Below, in pieces: positions 13,698 through 23,246 of a stretch of 27,924 nt of DNA (positions are counted from its first letter, which is position 1; every line of letters starts with the position of its first letter). The notes under the pieces are model-generated. The model was given only the letters and a program-made list of their open reading frames with translations. It ran no database searches and was not told where the DNA came from. Both the position numbers and the translations under genes were made by a program. The stretch covers positions 1-27,924 of IMG/VR virus record IMGVR_UViG_3300020045_010598; one strand, given 5' to 3'. Source of the DNA: a virus (Duplodnaviria; Caudoviricetes).

Positions 13698-16049
13698 TTA
13701 TTCTCCTCCGGCTCTCGAAAGTCTGGCAAGTTCGGCAGCTAAGCCTTGGTTGCCGTTCCCGAAGAGAGTTTCTTTTGCACCACCAACAGTGAGTTCGACC
13801 GCATATGTCCTTCCCGCGAACGGGTCGTTCGTTGGAGCACCAGGCTTGTTCATGTGTTCGGCTGCATCAACGATGTAGCTGCCGTTCGTTCCGAAACGAC
13901 CTGTTTCGGCCGCGTTGTCGCGGATTGCCTGCAGCTCGGACGATGTCTTGCGCCCAGTGTCGTAGCCATGAGTTCGTCCGTAGACGATGCCGAAATCAGG
14001 ATCGCGGGCCATTTTGTCTTGTAGATACTGAGCATCTTTTGCTCTCGCATCTGCAGCGATATCGTTCATTCCCTGCTCGGCTTTTGCCCAAGCGACCGCG
14101 TTGTGAGCTTCGGCGAACATCTTGCCGACCTGCCAACCTGCAATGACTGCCATTACACCAACGTTGAGACGACCAACCAGAGCCGCCGCGCTCATGCCGA
14201 GTTTAGTCGCAAGTGCTGCAAAGCCTGTCGCTAGTGCGCCCATGGCTCCAGTCGTTGCCGCAGCACCTGCAGCCGTAGACGTGAAGAATGCCGCGAAGCC
14301 AGTGCCAATGAGCTTGAGGCTCCCGAGCATCAGGCCGAGGATGCCAGACAAGCGGAGCATGCCGACAAACAGCGCTGCGGTCATGACATTGGTGCCGAAG
14401 AAATCCAGCACTGGCTTGATGAAAGAATGAATAGAATCGAGGATCGACTTAAACATTCCGAACGCAGTTTTCAGGTCTTTCCAGAACGAGAGTGCACTGT
14501 CGCGGAGATCGTTAAGCCACGTGAATTTCGTTGCGTCGCCGCCCGTGAAAACGGCAAAGGCGTCTTCGGCGAAACGCTTGACATAGAGAAATGCGTCGCG
14601 GGCTTTGTTGAGCCAGCCCCATTGAGAATCCTGCCCAGACAATACCTTCTGGACTTCGCCGAGGGTCTCGAGCGCGAGGGCTTTGACACCGGAATAGATG
14701 GTCTGGATCTGGGTATATAGAGACTTCGACCACTCGAAGACCCATACGCCCATTTTAAACAAGCCGGACTCGAAGTCGGAATTGCCCTCAAAAAGTTTCA
14801 TTGCGTCTTCGGCAACAGCACGAACGACATCGAAAGCCGAGGTAAGATATTGAGCAATTAGGTCGCGGTTCCGTGCCAGGAACTCGGCGATCTTTTCATT
14901 GAGTGCCGTGTACATGGGGAGCACACCACGGAACACCTGAAGCTTCACGCCAGCTTTGGCTTGCTCAAGGTCGTCCTCAGACGATGACGCACTATTCGAC
15001 AGCGCCATATCTGCATCGGTCGGGGTAGCGCCGTAGCGGTCCATCTTCGCGCGGTACTCATTGATGCCAGCGCGGCCGTTCTCCAAAATCGGCAACATTT
15101 TTTTGCCGTTGTCGCCAAAAATTGCAGTCGCGAGACGCAGCTTTTCAGTGCGATCTGTGACCTTCGCCATCGCGTCCGAGATCGCCAACAGGCTTTCGAC
15201 GTCGCCTTTCAGGACTTTGGTTGTATCGAGTCCTTTCTCCGCAAGCTCCTGTAGCGCACGGTTAGCCGGACCCATTGAATCTTCCATGTCCTGCCCTGCT
15301 TGCTGCAGACTCTTGTATTCTTCGACGAGCTGGAGACGATAGGAAGAAAGAGCACGTTCACGCTGCGCCGCTGGTAGTCTCTGCAGAGACGGCATGCGCT
15401 CCACTCGTCCTCCAGGACCTGTCTCGCGAAGTGTCGATTCGATGACTGACATACGCTCTTTAATCGCCGCAGGAGACGACGAGCTGTCGGAGTTTATTTG
15501 ATCTAGATATCCCAGTGCTCCCGAGACATCGCCCTGCCGGATTGACGCCTGGGCTTTCGCCAGGTTCCAGCTTTTCGTCTTCTGAAACGATGCGTCGGCA
15601 GCCTCGATCTGCTTCCGAATTTCCCCAAAGTTTTTCGCGATTCCGGTCAGTGCATTGAAGATATCGTCGGGGTCGCTGCCGTTGGCTTTGAGCGCAAAAC
15701 GAATTGCTGACAGGTCTTGGACCGACGCACCAGTAGCGTTCGCAAGCTTGTTCAACGTCTGCAGTTGGGCCTGAACGTCTTTTGTAACCGACAGCGCAGT
15801 AGATGCCAGCGCTGCGATTTTGACCTTCGCGATGACGGCCCCAGCGGCGATGCCTGCGAATGCGAGCTTCGCACCCTTCATCAGAGGCACAAATGTTACC
15901 CGAGCGAGAGCAACACCTACTGTTCGGATATTTGTGACTGCAGAATGTGAGAACGACGCGACTGCGCCGCCAAGGCTCTTAAACCCGGATTTAACCGCTG
16001 CAATACCGTTGACGGTAAATTTCGTTGCGATTTGTCTAACAGTAGCCAT
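13698..16049 (-). CDS. Tape measure protein
   Basis: ~783 aa, Ala/Gly-rich helical, AIFGxxGxxMLPIL motif, hydrophobic C-terminal segments; ATG 16049 in TAATG overlap. Confidence 0.88.
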   Translation of the reverse strand: MATVRQIATKFTVNGIAAVKSGFKSLGGAVASFSHSAVTNIRTVGVALARVTFVPLMKGAKLAFAGIAAGAVIAKVKIAALASTALSVTKDVQAQLQTLNKLANATGASVQDLSAIRFALKANGSDPDDIFNALTGIAKNFGEIRKQIEAADASFQKTKSWNLAKAQASIRQGDVSGALGYLDQINSDSSSSPAAIKERMSVIESTLRETGPGGRVERMPSLQRLPAAQRERALSSYRLQLVEEYKSLQQAGQDMEDSMGPANRALQELAEKGLDTTKVLKGDVESLLAISDAMAKVTDRTEKLRLATAIFGDNGKKMLPILENGRAGINEYRAKMDRYGATPTDADMALSNSASSSEDDLEQAKAGVKLQVFRGVLPMYTALNEKIAEFLARNRDLIAQYLTSAFDVVRAVAEDAMKLFEGNSDFESGLFKMGVWVFEWSKSLYTQIQTIYSGVKALALETLGEVQKVLSGQDSQWGWLNKARDAFLYVKRFAEDAFAVFTGGDATKFTWLNDLRDSALSFWKDLKTAFGMFKSILDSIHSFIKPVLDFFGTNVMTAALFVGMLRLSGILGLMLGSLKLIGTGFAAFFTSTAAGAAATTGAMGALATGFAALATKLGMSAAALVGRLNVGVMAVIAGWQVGKMFAEAHNAVAWAKAEQGMNDIAADARAKDAQYLQDKMARDPDFGIVYGRTHGYDTGRKTSSELQAIRDNAAETGRFGTNGSYIVDAAEHMNKPGAPTNDPFAGRTYAVELTVGGAKETLFGNGNQGLAAELARLSRAGGE

Positions 16050-16663
16050 TACCAAATCGCTCCAATAAATTCGGTGGATTTCTTATCGCCTTGTGCCGCC
16101 GATGCGGCATAGGTCGCGCCGATGCGGTCAGTACGATTGAGTTCGGCTATAGTACGGATTGCGAAAGCCAGACGAGCTGGAGATAGATCCAAGCCGTCTT
16201 GCCCTGTGCGGACGCTGTATTCTGCAGCATCGCGGACTATCGTCATGAGCCGCGACTGAGCAGGGTCACCACTGGAATTCCCGTCACCCGATTTTCTAGC
16301 TTCGGTGAAATAGTCGTCGGTCTTGCGGACGCCGAAAGTCAGTCCGTCGATCTTAAAAAGCCCGTATGTAAGTGCGACGTCGGGGAGATATCGGAACCGC
16401 CACTTTCCTTTGCCCATGCTCAGAGCGAGGACTTCGACGATCGCAGGGCGACCGAAAGCAGAAATGATTTCCGCTTCTGTCGTCGTTGAAAAGTCTTCAT
16501 CAACGAGCCGTGTGAGAGACGGATGCCGCTGTGCCAGACGCAGGAATTCGCGCAGCGTGAGGGCGCGAATTGAGACATAGCCGCGCATCCACGCAATCGA
16601 GTGCCTCGCTGTGTCTGTTACCGCGAGGATGTCGTTGATCGTGATTGGATTCTTGCCCGGCAT
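16049..16663 (-). CDS. Tail assembly chaperone (putative)
   Basis: Position between tail tube and tape measure; IRALTLREF motif; GGAGG SD. Confidence 0.65.
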   Translation of the reverse strand: MPGKNPITINDILAVTDTARHSIAWMRGYVSIRALTLREFLRLAQRHPSLTRLVDEDFSTTTEAEIISAFGRPAIVEVLALSMGKGKWRFRYLPDVALTYGLFKIDGLTFGVRKTDDYFTEARKSGDGNSSGDPAQSRLMTIVRDAAEYSVRTGQDGLDLSPARLAFAIRTIAELNRTDRIGATYAASAAQGDKKSTEFIGAIW

Positions 16664-16703
16664 CGTTGGCCCTCCCTAAAGACCTGGGCGGCCGGAAGCC
16701 GCC

Positions 16704-17483
16704 TTAGCCCTTGAGTTCGGTGACCTTGAAGAACTTGAACTTCACAGGCTTCGAGCCGTCGGCGAAGACACGCGCCTCAAACGACACGTCGGAGTAATCA
16801 TCTGCGCCTTGGAGCGAAAGTTCGCCCGTTGGCTTCAAACGGACATTCCAAAATTCGATCATGAAATTCGTGCCGATATTCGAGATGCCATAGTAGCGCA
16901 GTATGCCAAAAGCACCCTGGCCAGACATTCCGCCATAGATCGCGACATCGTCGGCTTCTGTGACAGCTTCTGCACTGAAGTTGACCGAAAGCTTGGCCGC
17001 TCCGACGGGAATGCTGCGAAGTTGCATGCGCCCTGTTTCAGAAGACAGTCGATAGTGTGTGTCCTCTTCGAACTCAATCGGCGTTGCGCTATCGTCGTCT
17101 GCAGAGATGATCGTTACGTTCGATTTTCCAAGATTATAGATGCGTCCGACTTTGAGATTCTCGAAAACCTTTGTTTCGCTCAAGACTGCTGGCTGAGTAT
17201 GAAAATCTTCATCAGTGTCCATAAAGACAATGCCAGCGGTCGTCCTGGTCAACGACGCAACCGTCATCGACATCGTGCCGTCCTTTTGAATCGTATCCTG
17301 ACGAGCCAGCGTCTTTTCAGCGTACTCAGTCGTATAGATCTCGATATCGGTAAGATTCGGCGTGAAGCCAGACGTCTTGACTGTACCCAAGTTGATTTCA
17401 TAGTCATCGCCCTTCGGCTGCCAAGTGGCTTGGTTCACCTGTCTGAAATATGCGTCAAAGATCGGATCAAAATGTTGTGCCAT
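16704..17483 (-). CDS. Major tail tube protein
   Basis: 259 aa acidic beta-rich; FWNVRLKPTGELSL.GADDY..VSFE C-terminal pattern; AAGGAG SD; GGCGGC/GCCGCC hairpin after the stop. Confidence 0.8.
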   Translation of the reverse strand: MAQHFDPIFDAYFRQVNQATWQPKGDDYEINLGTVKTSGFTPNLTDIEIYTTEYAEKTLARQDTIQKDGTMSMTVASLTRTTAGIVFMDTDEDFHTQPAVLSETKVFENLKVGRIYNLGKSNVTIISADDDSATPIEFEEDTHYRLSSETGRMQLRSIPVGAAKLSVNFSAEAVTEADDVAIYGGMSGQGAFGILRYYGISNIGTNFMIEFWNVRLKPTGELSLQGADDYSDVSFEARVFADGSKPVKFKFFKVTELKG

Positions 17484-17495
17484 TGTCGGGCTCCT

Positions 17496-17957
17496 TTAAA
17501 TTGCGGTGTCGGGCTGGCCCGGCTTCGTTGTGATGAAACAGATGTACGAGATCGGCTGCACACCCAGATTTGCTTCGATTGCGACCTCGACCGATTCCGA
17601 ACCGACGTATCCCCAGTCCTTCACGCCTAGGACGCCGAACGGTTCTGAACTCTGGAGTGCAGCTTCGATGTCCGCCTGAATTGCTTCGAGATGTGCCTCG
17701 ATCGTATCGATGTCGACGAGCTGGTCGGCGAGTGCGATTGTCACGCGCATCGTGCGCTTGATCGGACGCTGATCGACGGGGCCGCCGCCAATGGTCTCGG
17801 CGGTCTCAGTGACCGTCAGCGCTGCCGCCGGGTATTCGTGAGACTGGACCTCGCGCAGTGTTCGAACGGAAGAACACACAGTATTCAGCGCAGGAACAGC
17901 CGAGCGCAGATGCGCTTCAATGCCGTCCCGAAGCTGAGTCTTTACATGCGGTCCCAT
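17496..17957 (-). CDS. Tail terminator (gpU-like)
   Basis: 153 aa upstream of the tail tube; helix-YPAAAL-beta pattern; TAATG coupling. Confidence 0.7.
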   Translation of the reverse strand: MGPHVKTQLRDGIEAHLRSAVPALNTVCSSVRTLREVQSHEYPAAALTVTETAETIGGGPVDQRPIKRTMRVTIALADQLVDIDTIEAHLEAIQADIEAALQSSEPFGVLGVKDWGYVGSESVEVAIEANLGVQPISYICFITTKPGQPDTAI

Positions 17958-18316
17958 TAAGTCTTCCTGAGAACAATCATGGATTTACCGTAGCCGTCCG
18001 ACTTGCAAGATTCGACGCGGTAGGTTTCGCCGTCGATTGTCAGCGTGTCGGTGCCGTTGTTCTTAAAAATTTCGTTGTCGTTCCCGGCGCGGGTCGGATC
18101 GATTGCGAGAATGTCGGCGACGAAGATTGTTGCTGACGGGAGCCCTGTCGTCATACGAAATCCGTCTGCGTCGACTTCTTCGGAAACGGTGGTAAACCAA
18201 ACCGTCAGCTGGTGCCCTTCACTGGGTCCACCAGCGCGATGCCACACAGCTCCGCCCGGGTGCGCAAACACCCGTTGCAAAGCCTTGTTCATCCGTAGAA
18301 AAGCTGAGGCAACCAT
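17957..18316 (-). CDS. Head-tail joining protein (gpFII-like)
   Basis: Likely start ATG 18316 (TGATG overlap); DTLTIDGETYRV....DGYG...IVL pattern. Confidence 0.75.
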   Translation of the reverse strand: MVASAFLRMNKALQRVFAHPGGAVWHRAGGPSEGHQLTVWFTTVSEEVDADGFRMTTGLPSATIFVADILAIDPTRAGNDNEIFKNNGTDTLTIDGETYRVESCKSDGYGKSMIVLRKT

Positions 18317-18573
18317 CACGCACTCGCTTTCGAGAGCGTCGTCCGCACTCTTATATATATGCCGCAAAACGCGACCAGGCCGACAAGCATCAGAGCACCG
18401 ACCGCCGTGTAACCGGAGTCGGAAACGCACTGTGCCAGATCCAAGTGCGCCGCCAAATTCAGGTCACTGGCATCGTGTGCGACACAACAGTGCAGCCATT
18501 CGTTCCCGGTGCCGCCGAGCAAAGTCGGAATGCCATCGGGAAAAAAGCTGCACTGGTTGTCAGGCTGGATCAT
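18316..18573 (-). CDS. Small phospholipase-A2-like protein (CCxxHD) with C-terminal hydrophobic helix
   Basis: CSFFPDG...WLHCCVAHD...DLAQCV...LMLVGLVAF; translationally coupled on both sides. Confidence 0.6.
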   Translation of the reverse strand: MIQPDNQCSFFPDGIPTLLGGTGNEWLHCCVAHDASDLNLAAHLDLAQCVSDSGYTAVGALMLVGLVAFCGIYIRVRTTLSKASA

Positions 18574-18941
18574 AGTTCGGCCGCCATGCTCCAGAAGACA
18601 TCGAGGTCTTCCGAAGACATGCCAGTGCCGACGCCAAATTGCGCCGTTAGCGGGTGGCTGCGTTCAAAGCGTGTGCCGCCTTGGAGAACCATTCTCGCGG
18701 GGAATTGGTCGGCGGTCGGGAGAGCGGCGACGAAAGCTTCGATAGCGGGCGGTAGGATGCCAGTTGTCACCGCAGCTAGGGCTTCGGGCTGTGTTATGAG
18801 GCCGGAGAGGGCAAGCATCTGGAAAAACTGACGGTCGGAGATTTCGTCGATGACGAAGACCAGATCGGCGGAAACCGCGATCTCTTCTTCTACGTCTTCG
18901 AAAGTGCCATCAGCGAGATTAAAATTGCGAACGATAGCCAT
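18570..18941 (-). CDS. Fibre-assembly-chaperone-like protein
   Basis: ISDRQF..L...FERSHPL...GMS.EDLD.FW..AAEL pattern typical of small genes following phage fibre genes. Confidence 0.65.
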   Translation of the reverse strand: MAIVRNFNLADGTFEDVEEEIAVSADLVFVIDEISDRQFFQMLALSGLITQPEALAAVTTGILPPAIEAFVAALPTADQFPARMVLQGGTRFERSHPLTAQFGVGTGMSSEDLDVFWSMAAEL

Positions 18942-19625
18942 TTATTCTCTCCACATTATATACGCGGTTCCGCTATCGAACAGGCCTGTGTTCAGCGATA
19001 GTCGCAGACCAATAATTCCAGCACCAACATTTGGCGTTGAGACTATTGAGCGGTACTCTCGCGTGGCGGCTTCAAAAGCGTGGCTTTTAGCGAGGAATGT
19101 TGCAGATCCGTCAGGCGCAACTTGATGTCGCGTTAACTCGACAGACCCCGACACATACTGAGTTGCGGCGACAGCAAGAGCGATAGGTATATATGTGCCG
19201 TTTGCTGAGCCTTGGGCTGCACCGACGTACCAGCCGAAATGATCTGAACCGTCCTTAATAAGGCCGTCTTCACCTCTAACATGGAGAGCAAAATTCGCGG
19301 TTGTCGTCGGCGAAACACCCTGAAATTTAATGCGAATTTCGTTCGCAGTTGTCGGGATTCCTAAAAAACCTGGATATTGAGAGCCGCTCATCGCGAGACC
19401 ACCGGAAACAACCCAGCCGTTTTCACCGCGCACAGTTGCCGCAGCATCGTGATTGTAGATCAGCGTGCTAATATCTGCTGGCGAAAACTGGCGAATGTCG
19501 GTTTCTGTGCCGAAGATTAGTTCGGTTTCAAAAATTTTTGGCCGGATTGCATCCAGGTAATCGATCGCGTCCTGCGCTTGTATACCGCCGCCGCTTGGCT
19601 TTGTTGTTAGTGATGGTCTCCACAT
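18942..19625 (-). CDS. Short fibre/receptor-binding-like virion protein
   Basis: 227 aa; ETDIRQFSPADI shaft-like motif; beta-sandwich-like C-terminus GIP..ANEIRIKFQGVS...SGSVEL...FDSG. Confidence 0.6.
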   Translation of the reverse strand: MWRPSLTTKPSGGGIQAQDAIDYLDAIRPKIFETELIFGTETDIRQFSPADISTLIYNHDAAATVRGENGWVVSGGLAMSGSQYPGFLGIPTTANEIRIKFQGVSPTTTANFALHVRGEDGLIKDGSDHFGWYVGAAQGSANGTYIPIALAVAATQYVSGSVELTRHQVAPDGSATFLAKSHAFEAATREYRSIVSTPNVGAGIIGLRLSLNTGLFDSGTAYIMWRE

Positions 19626-20066
19626 TTACTTGATCTCCAGTATTCTGACCGTGACATCCATCATCTCGTAATCAATATTAACGGGCGCAAAGCGCAGCAC
19701 TTTGAGACCCTTAACGAGTCCGAACGGGTGATAGCCAGCTTCCAAAAGCCACGATTTCGCGGGATTGATTTCGGCGGCTGGATTAGCTGTGGCGACGGTC
19801 TGGACGTAGACGCCCATTCCCGAGACGACATGCAACATGACGACGTCTGTATCAGCGGAACAGGTGTGCTCAACCGTGACGTGCGCGGCGACAAGCGTGA
19901 CAAGACTTGTGTCCAAAGGGGGGACTTGGACAGCATCAAAATTGGGGGAGTTGGAGGTCGGGAGCGAGACTGTAGTTGAAGACATGAGTGGGGCTGGCTC
20001 CGTTGGAAAATGGGGGAGAGAGCCGACGCTTGCCAGGGAGAGAGCAAGCGTCGGCGTGGGTATCAA
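19626..20066 (-). CDS. Hypothetical beta-rich virion protein
   Basis: 146 aa, TTG start 4 nt after the capsid stop, TAAATG junction to the next gene; start uncertain. Confidence 0.6.
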   Translation of the reverse strand: MIPTPTLALSLASVGSLPHFPTEPAPLMSSTTVSLPTSNSPNFDAVQVPPLDTSLVTLVAAHVTVEHTCSADTDVVMLHVVSGMGVYVQTVATANPAAEINPAKSWLLEAGYHPFGLVKGLKVLRFAPVNIDYEMMDVTVRILEIK

Positions 20067-20070
20067 GCTC

Positions 20071-21084
20071 TTATGCGAGCTTGAACTTGATGACAGCGCG
20101 AGGACGCTGAACGTAAGAGAGGATGCTCGTCGAAGCCTTCATCTCAACGCCCTCGTCGTGGTCTAGCAGCTTCGTCGAGAAGTATTCAGGCTGACCCATT
20201 TCGCCGAGCGTCGAGATGCCAGTGCCAGGGGCGTAGCGCGTCTGGTACATGTCGTCTGCGACCGGGCAGAGGTAGGCCTCATCGGGCTCGATCAGCCATT
20301 GACCGCCGATTTTGCCGCGACCGTATTCAACGACGGTGACATCGTTTGCGATCGGGAAGCCCTTGCGGTTGTCGCCGCGCAGGAACGAGCCCTCGTTGAA
20401 ACGCTGCCAAGCGGCCTTTTGAGTCGGGTGATTGACGTACTTCTTGAAGAAGTCACGGCCGCAGATCAGCACGTATTCAGTTGCGTCAAACTCACCGAGT
20501 TCATCTTCACTAAGTGCCTTGGCGTCGATGGTTTCGGCAACAACGTCGGTCGTCGCGTCATCGAGATCGATATCGACTTCGTGCTGGACGACACCGAACT
20601 TGTCAAACCAGTTGACCTTGACGATTGAAACACCAGCAGCGTTGGTTTCGTAAACAAGGCCCTTGATTGCCGAGACCTTCGAATACTCCCAACGGAGCAG
20701 GTGCCGCTTGTGCTGGCTGTCGAGGATGCTGTTACGCTCGACTTCGAAAGCCTGTTCCAGCTCGGAGCCGAAAGCGCGGACGCCCCGGACGGACTCGGCA
20801 AGCAGGGTGTCGGTTTGCGGATAGTGCGGGATCACGACAGGCACAGCCGAACGGTCAGCGCGGTCGTTGCTGTCGCCCTTGGCACCGCGTGGAGCCTCAG
20901 GAATGAGCGAAAGCGTACCTTCGCGGAACTCGATCATGGCGACGGGCAGATATTCACCCTTTGCCATCCAGTTCAGCCAGAGGCTCACATTCTGCGTAAT
21001 GTAGGGTTTCTTATCGATATAATCGATGATTGAACGGAGGGAGAAGACATCGCTTCTCAGGGCGTCGGCGATATTGAAGCTCAT
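20071..21084 (-). CDS. Major capsid protein, lambda gpE family
   Basis: LSLIP..PRG, IPHYP..D.L.AESVRGVRAFG, RWEY....AIKG, RPRAVIK motifs; AGGAG SD. Confidence 0.92.
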   Translation of the reverse strand: MSFNIADALRSDVFSLRSIIDYIDKKPYITQNVSLWLNWMAKGEYLPVAMIEFREGTLSLIPEAPRGAKGDSNDRADRSAVPVVIPHYPQTDTLLAESVRGVRAFGSELEQAFEVERNSILDSQHKRHLLRWEYSKVSAIKGLVYETNAAGVSIVKVNWFDKFGVVQHEVDIDLDDATTDVVAETIDAKALSEDELGEFDATEYVLICGRDFFKKYVNHPTQKAAWQRFNEGSFLRGDNRKGFPIANDVTVVEYGRGKIGGQWLIEPDEAYLCPVADDMYQTRYAPGTGISTLGEMGQPEYFSTKLLDHDEGVEMKASTSILSYVQRPRAVIKFKLA

Positions 21085-21099
21085 AGTCTTTGTCTCCTG

Positions 21100-21507
21100 T
21101 TAACGGACTTTGATGCCCTGAACGGCGATGGCTGCATTGATCAGCGGCTTCGCGCCCGTGGCGATTGCGGAAAGGTTGGTTTCGGAGCCCTTGATCTCGG
21201 CATCGGCGTTGATGACGAGAACCTCTACGTCGCCCTCGGAGGCGTCGGTGGGCTCAACGAGCAGAGCGACCTTGACTGTGTCGTAGTCAGCTAGGCCAGC
21301 AAGACCGACGGCGGCGACATACTTGCCAGTCGCGGTGTCATAATTGCCGGAGGCGGACACAGATTCGGTGTACTCGGCGACGAGTACAGAACCGGACACG
21401 TATTCGGTTGCCGACTGCTTGAGCACGACAACGTCAGCCGAGCGGTCGCCGTTGGACTTGGACTGGATGAAGACCGCTGCGGGCCTCTTCTGATAAACGG
21501 TTGCCAT
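21100..21507 (-). CDS. Head decoration protein (gpD-like)
   Basis: FI.S.SNG.RS...V, G.VL, DAEIKG..., GIKVR; immediately upstream of the capsid gene. Confidence 0.85.
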   Translation of the reverse strand: MATVYQKRPAAVFIQSKSNGDRSADVVVLKQSATEYVSGSVLVAEYTESVSASGNYDTATGKYVAAVGLAGLADYDTVKVALLVEPTDASEGDVEVLVINADAEIKGSETNLSAIATGAKPLINAAIAVQGIKVR

Positions 21508-21519
21508 TTGGCGATCTCC

Positions 21520-22608
21520 TTAGGATCTCTTGTTAAGTTTTTCGTAGGCGCTACGAGCACGGGGAGCAGGCTGGTCGGCATGCTTGTTGGGTGCGAAGCC
21601 ATGGGTGTCAGTCGTTCCAGCGCTGGCTTCGATCAGCGACCGGAGGAACTTGCGGATCGCGGCCGGGCGGCTGCGAAGCTTTGCCATCTGGTCAAGGCTC
21701 TTGAGAGCGTTACCGCCGAGTTCGCGCGCGATGCTGCGGGCAGCTTCGATTTCCTTTTCATCAGCCGGGGTCAGAGGAGCGTCTTCACCTTCGGCGCGGG
21801 CTGCGTCAGCAGGAGCAGGAGTATCTTCGGTCTTGGCTGCAGGATCGACGGTAGCGTCTTCTGCGCGAAGCTTACGGAGTGCCTTGGCGCGGGCAACGAC
21901 TTCTTCCGTTGCACCTTCGTCGGTTGCTGCTACTACGGCCGCAACTGCGTCTTCTGCAGCGGTGACGAGTGTTTCAAGTTCATTCATTTTCTTGTTCTCC
22001 GGTGTTGATGTCGGCAGACTACGCGCCGCCTGGGGAGCCGCTGGCTTGCCGCCAAGGCTGCGAATGTAAGAGTTTGGGTCAGCGCCAATGCCGACAGCGG
22101 ATGCCTCAAGCAGCGTCCAACGGTTGACGAGAACGAGCGGACGCTGCCCCTCGCGTTCGACAAACTCGGCATCAGAACGGATGTCATATTCAAAACGGGC
22201 TGAGATCTGGCCGTAGAAGCCTTCGGCGATATCTTCCATTAAGTCGGCACGCTTGCGCGTCAGCGTGGCGCGACCGATGACTGCTTCACCTTCGATGTGA
22301 ATGTTCTCGATCTTGCCGAGGATCTTATCGATGCCGCTGTAGTCGTCATGGCAATCCAAGAATGGCATGCGAAAAGCGCGCTGCAGATCGACGCCAGCAG
22401 GGACGAGGACTTCATCGACTTCGACCATGACGAATTCTTGCGTTTCGAAATTGCTTTTGGTCGGATGCGGGACCCAGCTGACAACTGGGGTAGGCGTTGA
22501 GATAACGACATCGAAAGACCGCGAAGCAATATCAACCGACGTCGGGCCGCCCGCGAATGCGCGGCGGCGAACGTTTGGATTGATCTCTGGCTTGAGGTTG
22601 GCTGGCAT
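21520..22608 (-). CDS. Prohead maturation protease with C-terminal scaffold region
   Basis: PFLDCHD, IS.R, W.L.EASAV.IGADP HK97-type protease motifs; Ala/Glu-rich C-terminal third; likely start ATG 22608. Confidence 0.85.
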   Translation of the reverse strand: MPANLKPEINPNVRRRAFAGGPTSVDIASRSFDVVISTPTPVVSWVPHPTKSNFETQEFVMVEVDEVLVPAGVDLQRAFRMPFLDCHDDYSGIDKILGKIENIHIEGEAVIGRATLTRKRADLMEDIAEGFYGQISARFEYDIRSDAEFVEREGQRPLVLVNRWTLLEASAVGIGADPNSYIRSLGGKPAAPQAARSLPTSTPENKKMNELETLVTAAEDAVAAVVAATDEGATEEVVARAKALRKLRAEDATVDPAAKTEDTPAPADAARAEGEDAPLTPADEKEIEAARSIARELGGNALKSLDQMAKLRSRPAAIRKFLRSLIEASAGTTDTHGFAPNKHADQPAPRARSAYEKLNKRS

Positions 22609-22745
22609 CCGCGATCTCTTCTGTTGATGAGAGCGTCGCAGGAGTGCTTGCAAGATTCGACGCAGACGGCTGCGCCGGCGATTTCTGATTCAGATTTTTG
22701 TGAAGAGATCAAAATTTGTAATGATATTACGTATCATAGTGATGC

Positions 22746-22776
22746 AAAGAAAAACCCCGGGGTAAGCCAGGGTTTT
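22746..22776 (-). terminator. Rho-independent terminator of the moron
   Basis: Minus strand AAAACCCTGG-CTTACC-CCGGGGTTTT-TCTTT. Confidence 0.75.
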
Positions 22777-22784
22777 AATGGCGA

Positions 22785-23246
22785 CTAATCGAACATGACG
22801 CTAATAATCGAGCTTTCGATCAAGCCACCAATATCGCGGGCTTGTGGTCTCTGATTATCCGATGTTGCCACATCGCCACTGGTAATAATCGCATCGAGAA
22901 AAAGACCCAGCCGATCGCTTGTATACCTGCATGAGTTCAGAGACTTGGACACATGAGCCGAAGTCTTTTTGTCGCCGTCACGATCACGCCCGAGGTCGAT
23001 GCGCACTGTATCGACGGGCTTAGGTACACGGACGCTACGAAGTTCCAGATGCAGTTTTCCGTTCACAAAAGTAACGTCGATGCATGCTGCGCGCTTACTT
23101 CCATCCTTACACCGTTCGACCAAATCTGCGATTGCCGCTTGCGCCTCCTGGCTTGATGTAGGCTCCGGCTGCCGATTTTTTGGAAGCTGGAGTTTTCCGA
23201 GTCCGAGATCATTGAGATCCAGATATCTTGCTTTTGTCATCATCAC
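22785..23246 (-). CDS. Hypothetical moron protein 2
   Basis: 153 aa, GTGA overlap with the upstream gene, GGAGG SD, AT-richer than flanks. Confidence 0.7.
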   Translation of the reverse strand: MMMTKARYLDLNDLGLGKLQLPKNRQPEPTSSQEAQAAIADLVERCKDGSKRAACIDVTFVNGKLHLELRSVRVPKPVDTVRIDLGRDRDGDKKTSAHVSKSLNSCRYTSDRLGLFLDAIITSGDVATSDNQRPQARDIGGLIESSIISVMFD

